39,852 nucleotides of DNA from a virus (Duplodnaviria > Caudoviricetes), in IMG/VR virus record IMGVR_UViG_3300029442_000012, positions 1-39,852 of that record. One strand, given 5' to 3'. Position 1 is the first letter of the stretch, and every line of letters begins with the position of its first letter. This document shows positions 19,191 through 27,924 of the stretch, piece after piece. A model generated the notes under the pieces. That model worked only from the letters and a program-made list of their open reading frames with translations, made no database searches and was not told the origin of the DNA. The translations under genes were made by a program, and so were the position numbers.

Positions 19191-19481
19191 ATGACCGCAA
19201 CCGTCATTGACTTCGCCACCCGCCGCGCCCTAGCCGGCGACCCGCAACCGAAATCCCTCAGCATCGAGACCCTGCGCTATCGCCACCGCGCGCTCGTTGA
19301 AGAGGTGCTGTCGCTGCCGCTGGACGAGTTCAGCCCCATGGTCCGCTACGCCTGCCTGACGGTTGCCGACCACGTTGAGAACATGATCGGCGCCCGAGAC
19401 GACGCTATCGAACCGCTGGCTGGGAGCCTGCGGAAGCTCGCAAAGCATCTGGAGTGGGAGAAGACGCTCAGGACTGCATGA
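19191..19481 (+). CDS. Hypothetical protein (cassette 1 payload)
   Basis: GAGGGGG RBS; MTATVIDFATRRA...; followed by a terminator. Confidence 0.65.
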   Translation: MTATVIDFATRRALAGDPQPKSLSIETLRYRHRALVEEVLSLPLDEFSPMVRYACLTVADHVENMIGARDDAIEPLAGSLRKLAKHLEWEKTLRTA

Positions 19482-19494
19482 CCCACTCGCCTCA

Positions 19495-19527
19495 AAGCCC
19501 CGGCCAACCACCGGGGTTTTTTCTTTA
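19495..19527 (+). terminator. Intrinsic terminator
   Basis: GCCCCGG-CCAACCA-CCGGGGT followed by a T-run; lies between convergent genes. Confidence 0.75.
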
Positions 19528-19767
19528 TCAGCCGACAGCAGTCTCAGCCGTCTCGGCAGCCGCTTCCTCGCTCGGGAACATCGCCACCGACATCGCCGAA
19601 CGGGCCTGGAGCAGGGAATCCGTGGCGGTCTGCGCCATGCGCTTTTCCCGCTCCATGCCGACCTCATCGCACAGCAGAAACGCGGCCTGATACAGCGCGG
19701 CATGGGCGCCCACGCGAAGTTCCGCCGCCGCAACCATGCGGGCAGCGGCTTGTCTGTGATCTTGCAT
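19528..19767 (-). CDS. Hypothetical protein
   Basis: 79-aa helical ORF packed tightly behind 19771..20133. Confidence 0.5.
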   Translation of the reverse strand: MQDHRQAAARMVAAAELRVGAHAALYQAAFLLCDEVGMEREKRMAQTATDSLLQARSAMSVAMFPSEEAAAETAETAVG

Positions 19768-19770
19768 GTG

Positions 19771-20133
19771 TCACCTGATGATGAGTAGCGCCGCCAGAAT
19801 AGCGGCTATCCAAAGAACCGGCGAACAGCCGCTCGGCTGCTTCACCATGATTACCTGCGGGCGATGCCGCCGGATCGCTTCCAATACTTCTGCCCGCGCC
19901 GCAACGGTCGCGTCATCAACCATTTCCTGCGCGATGCCGAACAGCTCGGCCCGGTGTGCGTCGCTCATGCCGTGCTGGTCGGCGATGGCGTGTAGCTCGC
20001 GCTCGAACCGCCGGTCATGCTCGGCACCGGCGTAGGGGTCGGCGCGGTTGCGGGCGACGTAATCCGCCACCAGCGGCTCGACGGCCTCTCGGGCGATACC
20101 AACTCGGTGCCAGTCGGAAGCTATCCGGCGCAT
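19771..20133 (-). CDS. Hypothetical protein with C-terminal TM anchor (start uncertain)
   Basis: C-terminal 'VLWIAAILAALLIIR'; downstream of HTH 2. Confidence 0.5.
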   Translation of the reverse strand: MRRIASDWHRVGIAREAVEPLVADYVARNRADPYAGAEHDRRFERELHAIADQHGMSDAHRAELFGIAQEMVDDATVAARAEVLEAIRRHRPQVIMVKQPSGCSPVLWIAAILAALLIIR

Positions 20134-20348
20134 GGCGGCTTCGGCCGAACCCCGCCGTCGTCCGTGAACTCGATGCCCGCTGTCTCAAGGGCGCGCTGGA
20201 TGGCGGCGAGGTTGGCCTTGGTGGGCTCTTTCTGCCCCGTCTCGAAGCGAGTAACCGTCGAAACACCGATTCCCGCCTCTCTGGCGAGATCGCGGGTTCC
20301 CCACCCCAAGGCCGCACGGGCCATCCTGCTTTGAACTGGCGTCATCAT
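20121..20348 (-). CDS. XRE/Cro-C1 HTH regulator (cassette 2)
   Basis: 'TPVQSRMARAALGWGTRDLAREAGIGVSTVTRFETG...ALETAGIEF..GGVR'; paralogue of 18649..18885. Confidence 0.9.
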   Translation of the reverse strand: MMTPVQSRMARAALGWGTRDLAREAGIGVSTVTRFETGQKEPTKANLAAIQRALETAGIEFTDDGGVRPKPPCAG

Positions 20349-20354
20349 GTGATG

Positions 20355-20430
20355 ACAATAGCTTCAAAAAAGCCTTGACGCAAGAGCGTCTGATGAATAT
20401 GTTTAGTTCAACTGAACACGAGACGTTCAG
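20355..20430. promoter_or_regulatory. Divergent promoters and operator palindromes (cassette 2)
   Basis: Rightward TTGACG(20375)-17-TATGTT; leftward TTGCGT-17-TATTGT ending 6 nt before the HTH ATG. Palindrome CTGAAC-N7-GTTCAG (20412-20430) plus a degenerate TGAA-N9-TTCA copy over the -10. Confidence 0.65.
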
Positions 20431-20497
20431 TCGGATGAACCGGGAGGGCTCAATCTCCCGGAACATCCTAACCACCCCAAGCCGCACGAGGCCCAAA

Positions 20498-20695
20498 ATG
20501 GCTAACCGCAATCCTACCACATCGCCCCGTTCCGCTCGAACCGTTTTCGCGTTCCTGCGCCGCATCCTGCCCCCGACGTTCCGAGCCAGCTCGACGCAGG
20601 TCGAGATCAGCAACCCGGTCGCCACCCCGTCGTGGGTCGCTCAAGGTCCGTGGCTGGTTGATACGACCGGCCGTTGCTTCGTCCGTCTGGCGTGA
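20498..20695 (+). CDS. Leader ORF (cassette 2), 65 aa
   Basis: 'LRRILPPTFRASSTQVEI...PSWVAQGPWLVDTTGRCFVRLA'; paralogue of 19010..19177; the stop overlaps the GAGGGG RBS of the next gene. Confidence 0.7.
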   Translation: MANRNPTTSPRSARTVFAFLRRILPPTFRASSTQVEISNPVATPSWVAQGPWLVDTTGRCFVRLA

Positions 20696-20701
20696 GGGGA
20701 A

Positions 20702-21481
20702 ATGACCATGACCGGTTCACAACTGACCACCGTCGATTTCCACGGCGCCAAGCTGATCGCGCTCCGCGGTGAAACCCCCGCCGACACCCTGGTTGCCATG
20801 AAGCCCGTCGTCGAGGGCATGGGGCTTTCCTGGGCGGCGCAGTTCGTCAAAATCCAGGCCCACCCGGTTCTCAGCCAAGGGATTGCGAATATCGCAATAC
20901 CTTCTAATGGTGGCCTGCAAGAGATGACGGCGCTACCGCTATCCCGCCTAAGCTTCTGGCTCGCCACGATCCAGCCGAACAAGGTTCCCAACCTCGAAAC
21001 CCGCGCCAAGGTCATCGCCTACCAGACCGAGTGCGCCGACGTGCTGTTCGCCCACTTCTTCGCCAAGGCGACGGGGAACGAAGAGTTGATCCGCCGCACC
21101 GATGGCATCGCCCGGATGCTGGCGCACAAGGTCACGGGCATCGAGTCCGAAGTCGGCCAGATCGGAACCGCCGTCCTCGAACTCGCCAACGTGTGCAAGG
21201 CGCAGGCTGCGCTCTTGACCGAGGCGAACCATCGGATCGATGAGTCCAACCGGCGGATTGAGGGATTGCTCCTCACGACCGACGCTCGCCGGGGCACCGG
21301 TGAACTGGTTGCCGTCCGTCAGCTTCTCGATACCGCCAAATGCATGACCAAGGGCCGCAACAGCTTGGCCCGCCGGCTGCTGGCAACTTTGCTGGTGATG
21401 GTGTCCAGCCAGGCGTTGCGGGTCGTCGTCTCGAATTGGAGTGCCATGGAGATCAGCCCTTCGCTTGGATTTCGAACATGA
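20702..21481 (+). CDS. Antirepressor with P22 Ant N-terminal-like domain, probably C-terminally truncated
   Basis: 'VDFHGAKL...VAMKPVVEGMGLSWAAQ...LPLSRLSFWLATIQPNKV...YQTECADVLFAHF'. The last ~35 codons read antisense into the structural genes. Confidence 0.8.
   Translation: MTMTGSQLTTVDFHGAKLIALRGETPADTLVAMKPVVEGMGLSWAAQFVKIQAHPVLSQGIANIAIPSNGGLQEMTALPLSRLSFWLATIQPNKVPNLETRAKVIAYQTECADVLFAHFFAKATGNEELIRRTDGIARMLAHKVTGIESEVGQIGTAVLELANVCKAQAALLTEANHRIDESNRRIEGLLLTTDARRGTGELVAVRQLLDTAKCMTKGRNSLARRLLATLLVMVSSQALRVVVSNWSAMEISPSLGFRT
21319..21447 (-). pseudogene. 5' remnant of a virion structural gene
   Basis: MALQFETTTRNAWLDTITSKV... starts 5 nt after the upstream stop. It resembles the 'MALQ.S...RNA.LDAI' N-terminus of phage structural proteins (from memory), then runs into the antirepressor antisense strand. 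Confidence 0.55.
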
Positions 21482-22007
21482 CGATCTGGCCGTCGATGCG
21501 GATTTGCCTGACAGCGCCCACGCTCAACACCTTCCCGCCAATCACCAGCTTGTCAGTCGGGATCGGGGTAGGGAGCGCCGAGCCGGTGTTGTCGATGGCC
21601 GACATCGTGACCTTGAGGTCGGAGATGCTCACGACGCCCATAGCGATCATCGCTTGGTCAAAGCTCGTGACTTCTGCGCGCACCGTTGTGTCGATGGCGT
21701 GGTTGAAACTGAGCGCCGAGCCGTTGGTCAGGGCCATGGTGATGGCCGGGGTGAATGTGACGCCGGTCATGACCCCCGCGACGGGAGCGACGGTATTGCT
21801 GACGGCATAGGGGTAGGTGCCGAAGGTGTCGCCCGGAACCACACCACCCCAGCCGGCCGAGCAGTTGGTGACGTTGATCGTGCTGGTCCCAATGGGATAG
21901 GCCGCTCCGCTCTTTGCCGCCGTTGTGGTGACGCGGCGGAAGATGATGTCCTCGCTACCGGGGCATTTGCGGATGACCTGCGTTACCCGCCGGGAACGGG
22001 CGCTCAC
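21453..22007 (-). CDS. Head closure/head-tail adaptor-like protein
   Basis: Position after the connector; 'ISDLKVT...P.PTDKLVIGG...MFEIQAKG'; GTGA overlap. Confidence 0.6.
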   Translation of the reverse strand: MSARSRRVTQVIRKCPGSEDIIFRRVTTTAAKSGAAYPIGTSTINVTNCSAGWGGVVPGDTFGTYPYAVSNTVAPVAGVMTGVTFTPAITMALTNGSALSFNHAIDTTVRAEVTSFDQAMIAMGVVSISDLKVTMSAIDNTGSALPTPIPTDKLVIGGKVLSVGAVRQIRIDGQIVMFEIQAKG

Positions 22008-22567
22008 GCCCACCGCCGCACATACGGGGTTTGGTCGAGAATGAGCTTGGCGTCGGCTGGGATTTCCAGCGGCGCGTAGGTGGCCTGATAGACGCCGTGA
22101 TTGACGACCTCACTGCGCACTGCCGGGTCGCGTGTCGCCGCATTGTATGCGGCAAGAACGGTTAGGATGCAGGCTTGCTCGACATCGGCGGGAACGATCC
22201 CCTGCCCAGCGGTATAGGCCACGGTGCAGTTCGCCATGCCGCAGGAGAATCGGTACCCTCGCAGCCCCACAGCTCCGGCCGAGAACACAAAGCCCGGAGC
22301 GGTCGCGCTCGTCGCGGCCGGGATGGCCTGGTCGTTGACCGTCACCGACGACACCGCCGTCACCGGCCATTGCTGCGGAACGAACTTTGCGCCGCCGTTG
22401 CCATCGAACGTCTCGGTATACGGTCCCTCGGCGGTGATATCGCGGCTGCAATAGCCCCGGATCACGGCGGACGCGAGGGTGACGAGGTTGCCGAGTTCGT
22501 AGTCGCTGATATCCGAGGCCGCGAGGCCGGAATAGCCACGAACGGCGGCAACGCTGGTCAGGTTCAT
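22004..22567 (-). CDS. Head-tail connector (gp6-like)
   Basis: 'LTSVAAVRGY...IRGYCSR..YTETFDG...PVTAVSSV...YTAG..VPADVEQAC'. Confidence 0.8.
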   Translation of the reverse strand: MNLTSVAAVRGYSGLAASDISDYELGNLVTLASAVIRGYCSRDITAEGPYTETFDGNGGAKFVPQQWPVTAVSSVTVNDQAIPAATSATAPGFVFSAGAVGLRGYRFSCGMANCTVAYTAGQGIVPADVEQACILTVLAAYNAATRDPAVRSEVVNHGVYQATYAPLEIPADAKLILDQTPYVRRWA

Positions 22568-22569
22568 GA

Positions 22570-22767
22570 TTACTCGCCCCTGCGCTTGCGAGCGGTCACG
22601 GGCTCTCCGGGGACAACGACGGTCAGGCCATGCGCGGCAATCTGCTCGGCGTAGTCGGTGACGATGATGTCGGGCAGATCAACGACGCCATCCGCAACCG
22701 GGAACTCCTGGGCATCAATGCCGAAAGTCCCGTTGGGAGAGCATTCGTCGGGAAGGCGGAATTTCAT
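22570..22767 (-). CDS. Small head-associated protein
   Basis: GAAGGAG RBS; 65 aa directly after the capsid gene. Confidence 0.6.
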   Translation of the reverse strand: MKFRLPDECSPNGTFGIDAQEFPVADGVVDLPDIIVTDYAEQIAAHGLTVVVPGEPVTARKRRGE

Positions 22768-22821
22768 GGCGACACTCCTTCGAGAGAATGAGGGGGAGGC
22801 CGAAGCCTCCCCGCCCAATTA

Positions 22822-24321
22822 TCAGCCGGCGGCGATGTTCTGAATGACGCCCATCGACGGGGGGAAGTAGTGCTGGAGCACTTCGTCGGCATAGACGCCG
22901 TACTCGTACTTGCGGGTCCGGCGCGGCCACTCGATGCTGTAGTATTCGCGACGAGTGCGAATCTGCATCACGTTGCCGACGTTCGACAGCGGGTAGGGGA
23001 TGCTGTTCGACGTGAACAGGATAGTCCCGGCCGGAAGGTTCGGGTGAATCTTGATCGGGATTTCCTGGGCGCCGCTCATGCTGAACTTGTTCAGGTACGA
23101 GCGAACCATCACGCCGCCAGCGATCATGCCCTGATCGACGTTGAAGGAGAACCGCTGCGCGGTGTTGGCGTTCCCGGCCAGCACCTTCGCCGAGATGTCC
23201 TTCTGCTGCTGCGACGACACCCAGATAGTATCGGGCGACAGGCGGTAGTTGTCCCAGAACGACTGGAGCGCGGTGTCGATCTCGACGATGCCGCCCACGC
23301 CGTCGCCGGTCAGGGTCGAACCAACGCCGGGGGTGCCGGTCGCTAGGGTCTTGACGTAGGCGCCGGAGTTGGAGGTCAGAGCCTGGGTCAACAGGCCGTC
23401 GAAGGCCATGCTGTTGCGGCTCTTATCGGCAGTGAAGCCGGCCGAGGCCAACTGAGTGCCGGTGCCGGTGGCAACGGTGATCAGGTAGGAGTTCTGGAAG
23501 ACGATGGCGCCGAGGGTCTCGTTGCCGGCCGTGCCCCAGTAGACGCCGTACGCCACGGCGCCGGACTTCCAGGTCCACGAAGCGCGAACCGAGTGGGTCG
23601 AGAGGCCATCGGTCGCAGTGGTGGCGGACCCAGCCGCCGACTTGATCGAGGTGCCCTGATTGACGGCTTCGGTTGAGCCATCAGCCAGCGTGCGGGTTGC
23701 CGAAAGCGGCAAGCCGCCAGCAACCGAGGCGTTCAGATAGCCTTCCATGGTCAGCGCGACCACGATCACCGAGACCACGGTGGTCTGGGCAATGGCGCCA
23801 CCGGTCGCAACATCGGTCACGGTCGGGGTGCCGCAGGTTCCGAGCGCCACGCTGTTGTTGCCGCCGAGGATGTACTTTTCCTCGCCGATCATCAGGGCGC
23901 GCAGCAGGTTGGAGGTCGCCAGCGCCTTCACGTCGTCGAAGCCTTCCGCCGCATAGTCGGCTTCGAAGGTCACGCTGTCTTCCAGACCGATGGTCTTGTA
24001 GGCGGCGGTATAGTCAGCGGTGCTGGTCGCGGCCACAACACCCCGGTTGCCTTCGGACACGCCGATGTTGCCGTTCGAGGTGTTGATGCCGGTGATCGAG
24101 CGCCAGTTAGCCTGAATGCCACCACGACCGGAGACGCGGGGAATACTGTTGCGCAGAGGGGTGAGGACCGGGAAGAGCAGCTTGGCGCCGGCTTCAAGGT
24201 CATAGGCGGTAATGCCCGAGGTCGCGGTCCCAGACTGGGTGTAAGCCTTCTGGAGATCGGCGTCGGGGTTCTGGATGCTGTTTTTGAGAAGCGCGAGGGC
24301 TTCGTTGACGGTGTTAGCCAT
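22822..24321 (-). CDS. Major capsid protein (499 aa, with beta-rich insertion)
   Basis: 'YDLEAGAKLLFPVLTPLRNSIPRV', 'SEGNRG', 'AFDGLL', 'YEYGVYADEVL'; AAGGAG RBS; position. Confidence 0.88.
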   Translation of the reverse strand: MANTVNEALALLKNSIQNPDADLQKAYTQSGTATSGITAYDLEAGAKLLFPVLTPLRNSIPRVSGRGGIQANWRSITGINTSNGNIGVSEGNRGVVAATSTADYTAAYKTIGLEDSVTFEADYAAEGFDDVKALATSNLLRALMIGEEKYILGGNNSVALGTCGTPTVTDVATGGAIAQTTVVSVIVVALTMEGYLNASVAGGLPLSATRTLADGSTEAVNQGTSIKSAAGSATTATDGLSTHSVRASWTWKSGAVAYGVYWGTAGNETLGAIVFQNSYLITVATGTGTQLASAGFTADKSRNSMAFDGLLTQALTSNSGAYVKTLATGTPGVGSTLTGDGVGGIVEIDTALQSFWDNYRLSPDTIWVSSQQQKDISAKVLAGNANTAQRFSFNVDQGMIAGGVMVRSYLNKFSMSGAQEIPIKIHPNLPAGTILFTSNSIPYPLSNVGNVMQIRTRREYYSIEWPRRTRKYEYGVYADEVLQHYFPPSMGVIQNIAAG

Positions 24322-24394
24322 TTTGAGGCTCCTTGAATGCCTTGCCCAAGAGCATTGGATTAGATGACCCCACGCGGGCTAACACGCGGGCATG

Positions 24395-24417
24395 AAAAAG
24401 CCGCCATGAAGGCGGCT
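24395..24417 (-). terminator. Terminator-like hairpin between scaffold and capsid genes
   Basis: AGCCGCC-TTCAT-GGCGGCT followed by TTTT. Confidence 0.6.
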
Positions 24418-24440
24418 GTTATTCCGAAATGTTCCTGCCG

Positions 24441-25700
24441 TTACACCGGTAGTATTTTGCCGCCGTGCTTGAGCGTGAACTTGAGCACGGCTTGCGCCTG
24501 CTGTTCAGGAGACATCTTTTCGAGCGACTTCTGGAGGTTGTCGATCGCTGACGGCTCGGACGCGCCCGTGTCGGCGGACTTCTCGATAACTCGCACGGCG
24601 CCCTTGGCCGGGGCCGGTTGCGCTTCCCACTCGGCCTTGGCTTTCGCCAGGGTGTCGCGCTCGGCGGTCACGGTATCAAGGGACTTGCGCAGGTCGGTGG
24701 CTTCGGCCTGGACCTTCGCCAGATCGGCCTTTGCCAGATCATCGGGGGCTTCGGCCTTGTCGGCATCGTCCACGGCGGCGGCGTCGGCCGCGCCCATCAT
24801 CTTGGCGCAGCGCGTGGCGATGTCGCTGGCGGCCTTGTGGATGGCGCCAAGGTGTTCGCTGTTCTTGGCGCTGATCTCCTTTCCGGCCTTCTCCAGGTCG
24901 GCGATGGGCTCAGCCTGGGCAACGGCGTCGTCGGCCGGCGCGGCGCCCTCATCGTTGTTCTCCTGGATTTCGGAGACGATGAACGCCTTCAGCCGGGCGA
25001 TGGCCTCGCGGAGGGCGGCGACTTGCTCAGGCGGTTCGCCGTCGCCGTCTTCGGCTTCCCACAGCTCATTCCGGAGCAGATCGGTCAGCGCGGCCAGGGC
25101 GTCGAGGGCGCGCTGGGCGTCCCAGACTTCCTCTCCGAGGTACTTCTTGAGCCCATCCAGGGCGGCGGACTTGGCCGCGTCGCGCTCGGTCAGCACGGCC
25201 GGGCCCTCGGTCTCGGTGGCAATCGTCGCCTCTTCGGAGGCCGTAGCTTCCTGGTTCATATCGGCTCCTTCGGCCTTGTACATGGTGAAAACGGCCTCGG
25301 GATTGGCCGGGCGGTCAACCAGACTGATCTCGGTTAGCCTGATTCCCTTGATGATGGTTCGGTTCAAAGTGTCGCGCTCGGTGACCTTGCCGCCGATGCT
25401 GAACCCCTTGTAGACGCCGGTCTGGACCTTCTTCACGGCGATCGGATCGACCACGTGGGCTCCGAACCAAGTCCGGCCGTCGTCTTGCACGCTTGCTTCG
25501 ATGGCGGTGCCAGCGGCGAGCGGCTGGTGCATCTCGCGGACGGCGCCGAACTTCATGTAGTCGGGCAGTGCGGCCTTGATCGCGTCGGGCAGCACCGTCT
25601 CGCCCTGGCTATCTTCGGCGGCGGTTGAGGCGAAGCCGTAGACCTTGATCGTGCCGTCGTCCTGGGGATCGACCTTGCTGATTTCGCCGTAGAGGTTCAT
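24441..25700 (-). CDS. Prohead protease/scaffold (XkdF-like)
   Basis: 'VYGFAST...DSQGE...VREMHQ...YKGFSIGG...LTEISLVDRPANP' followed by an acidic coiled-coil. Confidence 0.85.
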   Translation of the reverse strand: MNLYGEISKVDPQDDGTIKVYGFASTAAEDSQGETVLPDAIKAALPDYMKFGAVREMHQPLAAGTAIEASVQDDGRTWFGAHVVDPIAVKKVQTGVYKGFSIGGKVTERDTLNRTIIKGIRLTEISLVDRPANPEAVFTMYKAEGADMNQEATASEEATIATETEGPAVLTERDAAKSAALDGLKKYLGEEVWDAQRALDALAALTDLLRNELWEAEDGDGEPPEQVAALREAIARLKAFIVSEIQENNDEGAAPADDAVAQAEPIADLEKAGKEISAKNSEHLGAIHKAASDIATRCAKMMGAADAAAVDDADKAEAPDDLAKADLAKVQAEATDLRKSLDTVTAERDTLAKAKAEWEAQPAPAKGAVRVIEKSADTGASEPSAIDNLQKSLEKMSPEQQAQAVLKFTLKHGGKILPV

Positions 25701-27919
25701 GGCTTATTCCCGATTGTCGTGAGGACCGCCGCCCGCTGCGCCCGGAATATCCGGCGCATGACGATGGCGATCTTCTTTGCCCCTTTGGCCCGCATCGCCT
25801 CGCGCTCATGCCAGAGCGCATCTCGCGGATCGTCGGCCTTGCTCAGTTCCGCCGGGCCGAGAACGCAGCGGCAGTTCACATCTTCCGCCGCGATACCAAA
25901 CCCGCCTGGGTAGAACGCCTGCGCGCCACTCGGGCTATCGAACGGCCGCCCCAGTTCACGAACCTGCCCGTGCATGGCCCAATGCGTGTCGCGGACCCGG
26001 CTATCCAGGCAGGTAATCCACTCGGCCGCTTTGACACCGGCCGTCTTGTATGCTGACCGGGCTGCAAAGCCTGCGGTGGCAACCGCTACCGTATCTCCCG
26101 CGATGACCGACCGGCTGTCGATGGCCTGCTTGAACGCCCGCTTGATGGCATCAATGGTCGCGGCGGCGCTGTCATTGGCCGCCGGCCCGGTTGTTCCGCT
26201 TACGGTAGCCGCTACCCCGCCGCCACCCTGCACAACCGCCATCGCGTCAATGATGGCCCGCCGCGTCGTGTTGTTCACCAGCCCGAGCGTGTGGTCGGCG
26301 TAGGCCATGGCCCATTCCGCAAGCTGCGGATCGCCGGCGTCCTCGCCGGTCCAGAATATCCCGATCAATACCGAGCGGCGCCAGTTCGTCAGCAGCGCCA
26401 GGATAACCGCCGCGAGTTCCTTGCGATGATCGTCCTTCTTCTCGTCAACGGCCGATTCTGGCGTCGGCGTCACGGCCCCAGCAGTATCGACCGCGTCAAT
26501 GACTTTGTCGTCAGCGAATTTGACGAAAGGGGCGTCGGCGGATTTGCCTACCTCCTGAGCCGGGGGGCCGGCTGGGTCTTGGCTCTGCGCCGGCGGCGGC
26601 TCCGGAGGGTTCAGCACCTCGTCGAGCTTCACGGCGCCGGCCGCAGTGTAGATCAGGTGAACATCACCGCCCTCAACAGGATCAAGGCCAAGGTCGCCGC
26701 GGACCTCATTCAGCGTCTTGACGCCAGAACGCAAATATTTGTCGTTGACCGTCGCCCGGATATCCGGGGAAACAGCTTCCTCTTCCGACCAGACGAACTC
26801 GATATCGTCATAGCCGAAGCCGCGCTGGATGCACTCGTTGATGAAATCCGACATCCAGAGCTTCAGCGGCTCAAGACCCTCTTTCGAGGCTTCCTCGGCG
26901 CCGACCTGGGCGGTTGCCCGGTTCTGCATTTGCACGAGGGCCTGCGGGCTGACGGAGAACGCAAAGCACACGATCCGGGCGAGCCAATCGTCGAATTGGT
27001 CCTTGAGCGGGCTTTCCTTGATGTCCCATGGCTTGGTGCCTTCGGGGACAAAGAACCCGCGCCGCCGGGCGGCGGTGTTGCCCTGGAGCATCGAGTTGAA
27101 ATGCTCGTCGAACTGCTTGATCTGATCGACGGACCATTCCTTCGGAACGCTGATCAGCGTCTCGGGCAGGTTGCCTTCCGTGTAATACTGAAGCTGGCTG
27201 ACCTGACGGCGCAGAGCGAGGTTGACCGTCGTGATGATTTGCTCGACTGGGCCGAAGCCATAGACCCGATTTGTCCGCAGGTTGCGCGGGTAGTAGACCA
27301 GCTCGTCGGCCGTATAGTCGCATGCCGGGATGCCCTTGATGATCTGCTGATAGGCAACTCCGTCCATCGGCGCGCGGCCACTATCATCGATCTTCGGCGC
27401 GATGGTGGCGCCGTCGATTGGCTCCAGGGCGAACAGAGCGCCTCCGTTGGTTCGCCGCAGGTAAACGGCGGGGGCGTCGAGCACCAGCATGTCTTCCAGC
27501 AACATGCGCGACCATTGGCGCCAGGACAGGCGACCATCGGGGCGCAGCAACCTGTCGGTGACTTCCTTCAGCTTGGCTTCTGATCCGGTCGCGCCATCGC
27601 GAAACTGGATGTCCCATGCCATGCGCTCAAGCTGGTCCTTGCGGGTTTCAATCACCAGCCGCAGCAGGTCGTAGCCGTCGGCCAGACCGCGCAACGTCGC
27701 AAATGTCACCGGCTCGTTGGCGCGCGGTGCCATTTGGATGTTGTAGCCGGTTTGATAGTCGAACTGCCGCCCGACAGCCTGCTCTTGCGCCGCCGGCTGC
27801 ATCGGCTGTGACGGCCCGAACCACCCGTTAGGGGCAACGCCGGTCAAGGCGTAGCGGAACCCCTGCGCGACGCGCTGGACGATTCCAGGGTCAATGAGGA
27901 TTCTAACGGGTTCGGACAT
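25697..27919 (-). CDS. Portal protein fused to a MuF (Mu gpF/SPP1 gp7-like) minor head domain
   Basis: Portal motifs 'YGFGPVEQI', 'TLNEVRGDLGLDPVEGGD'; C-terminal 'WITCLDSRVRDTHWAMHGQ...NCRC'. Confidence 0.88.
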   Translation of the reverse strand: MSEPVRILIDPGIVQRVAQGFRYALTGVAPNGWFGPSQPMQPAAQEQAVGRQFDYQTGYNIQMAPRANEPVTFATLRGLADGYDLLRLVIETRKDQLERMAWDIQFRDGATGSEAKLKEVTDRLLRPDGRLSWRQWSRMLLEDMLVLDAPAVYLRRTNGGALFALEPIDGATIAPKIDDSGRAPMDGVAYQQIIKGIPACDYTADELVYYPRNLRTNRVYGFGPVEQIITTVNLALRRQVSQLQYYTEGNLPETLISVPKEWSVDQIKQFDEHFNSMLQGNTAARRRGFFVPEGTKPWDIKESPLKDQFDDWLARIVCFAFSVSPQALVQMQNRATAQVGAEEASKEGLEPLKLWMSDFINECIQRGFGYDDIEFVWSEEEAVSPDIRATVNDKYLRSGVKTLNEVRGDLGLDPVEGGDVHLIYTAAGAVKLDEVLNPPEPPPAQSQDPAGPPAQEVGKSADAPFVKFADDKVIDAVDTAGAVTPTPESAVDEKKDDHRKELAAVILALLTNWRRSVLIGIFWTGEDAGDPQLAEWAMAYADHTLGLVNNTTRRAIIDAMAVVQGGGGVAATVSGTTGPAANDSAAATIDAIKRAFKQAIDSRSVIAGDTVAVATAGFAARSAYKTAGVKAAEWITCLDSRVRDTHWAMHGQVRELGRPFDSPSGAQAFYPGGFGIAAEDVNCRCVLGPAELSKADDPRDALWHEREAMRAKGAKKIAIVMRRIFRAQRAAVLTTIGNKP

Positions 27920-27924
27920 TAGGG

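Noticed and set aside
25697-26300. MuF polymorphic toxin
   Set aside because: The MuF domain ends ~55 aa after NCRC, with no toxin extension and no immunity gene.
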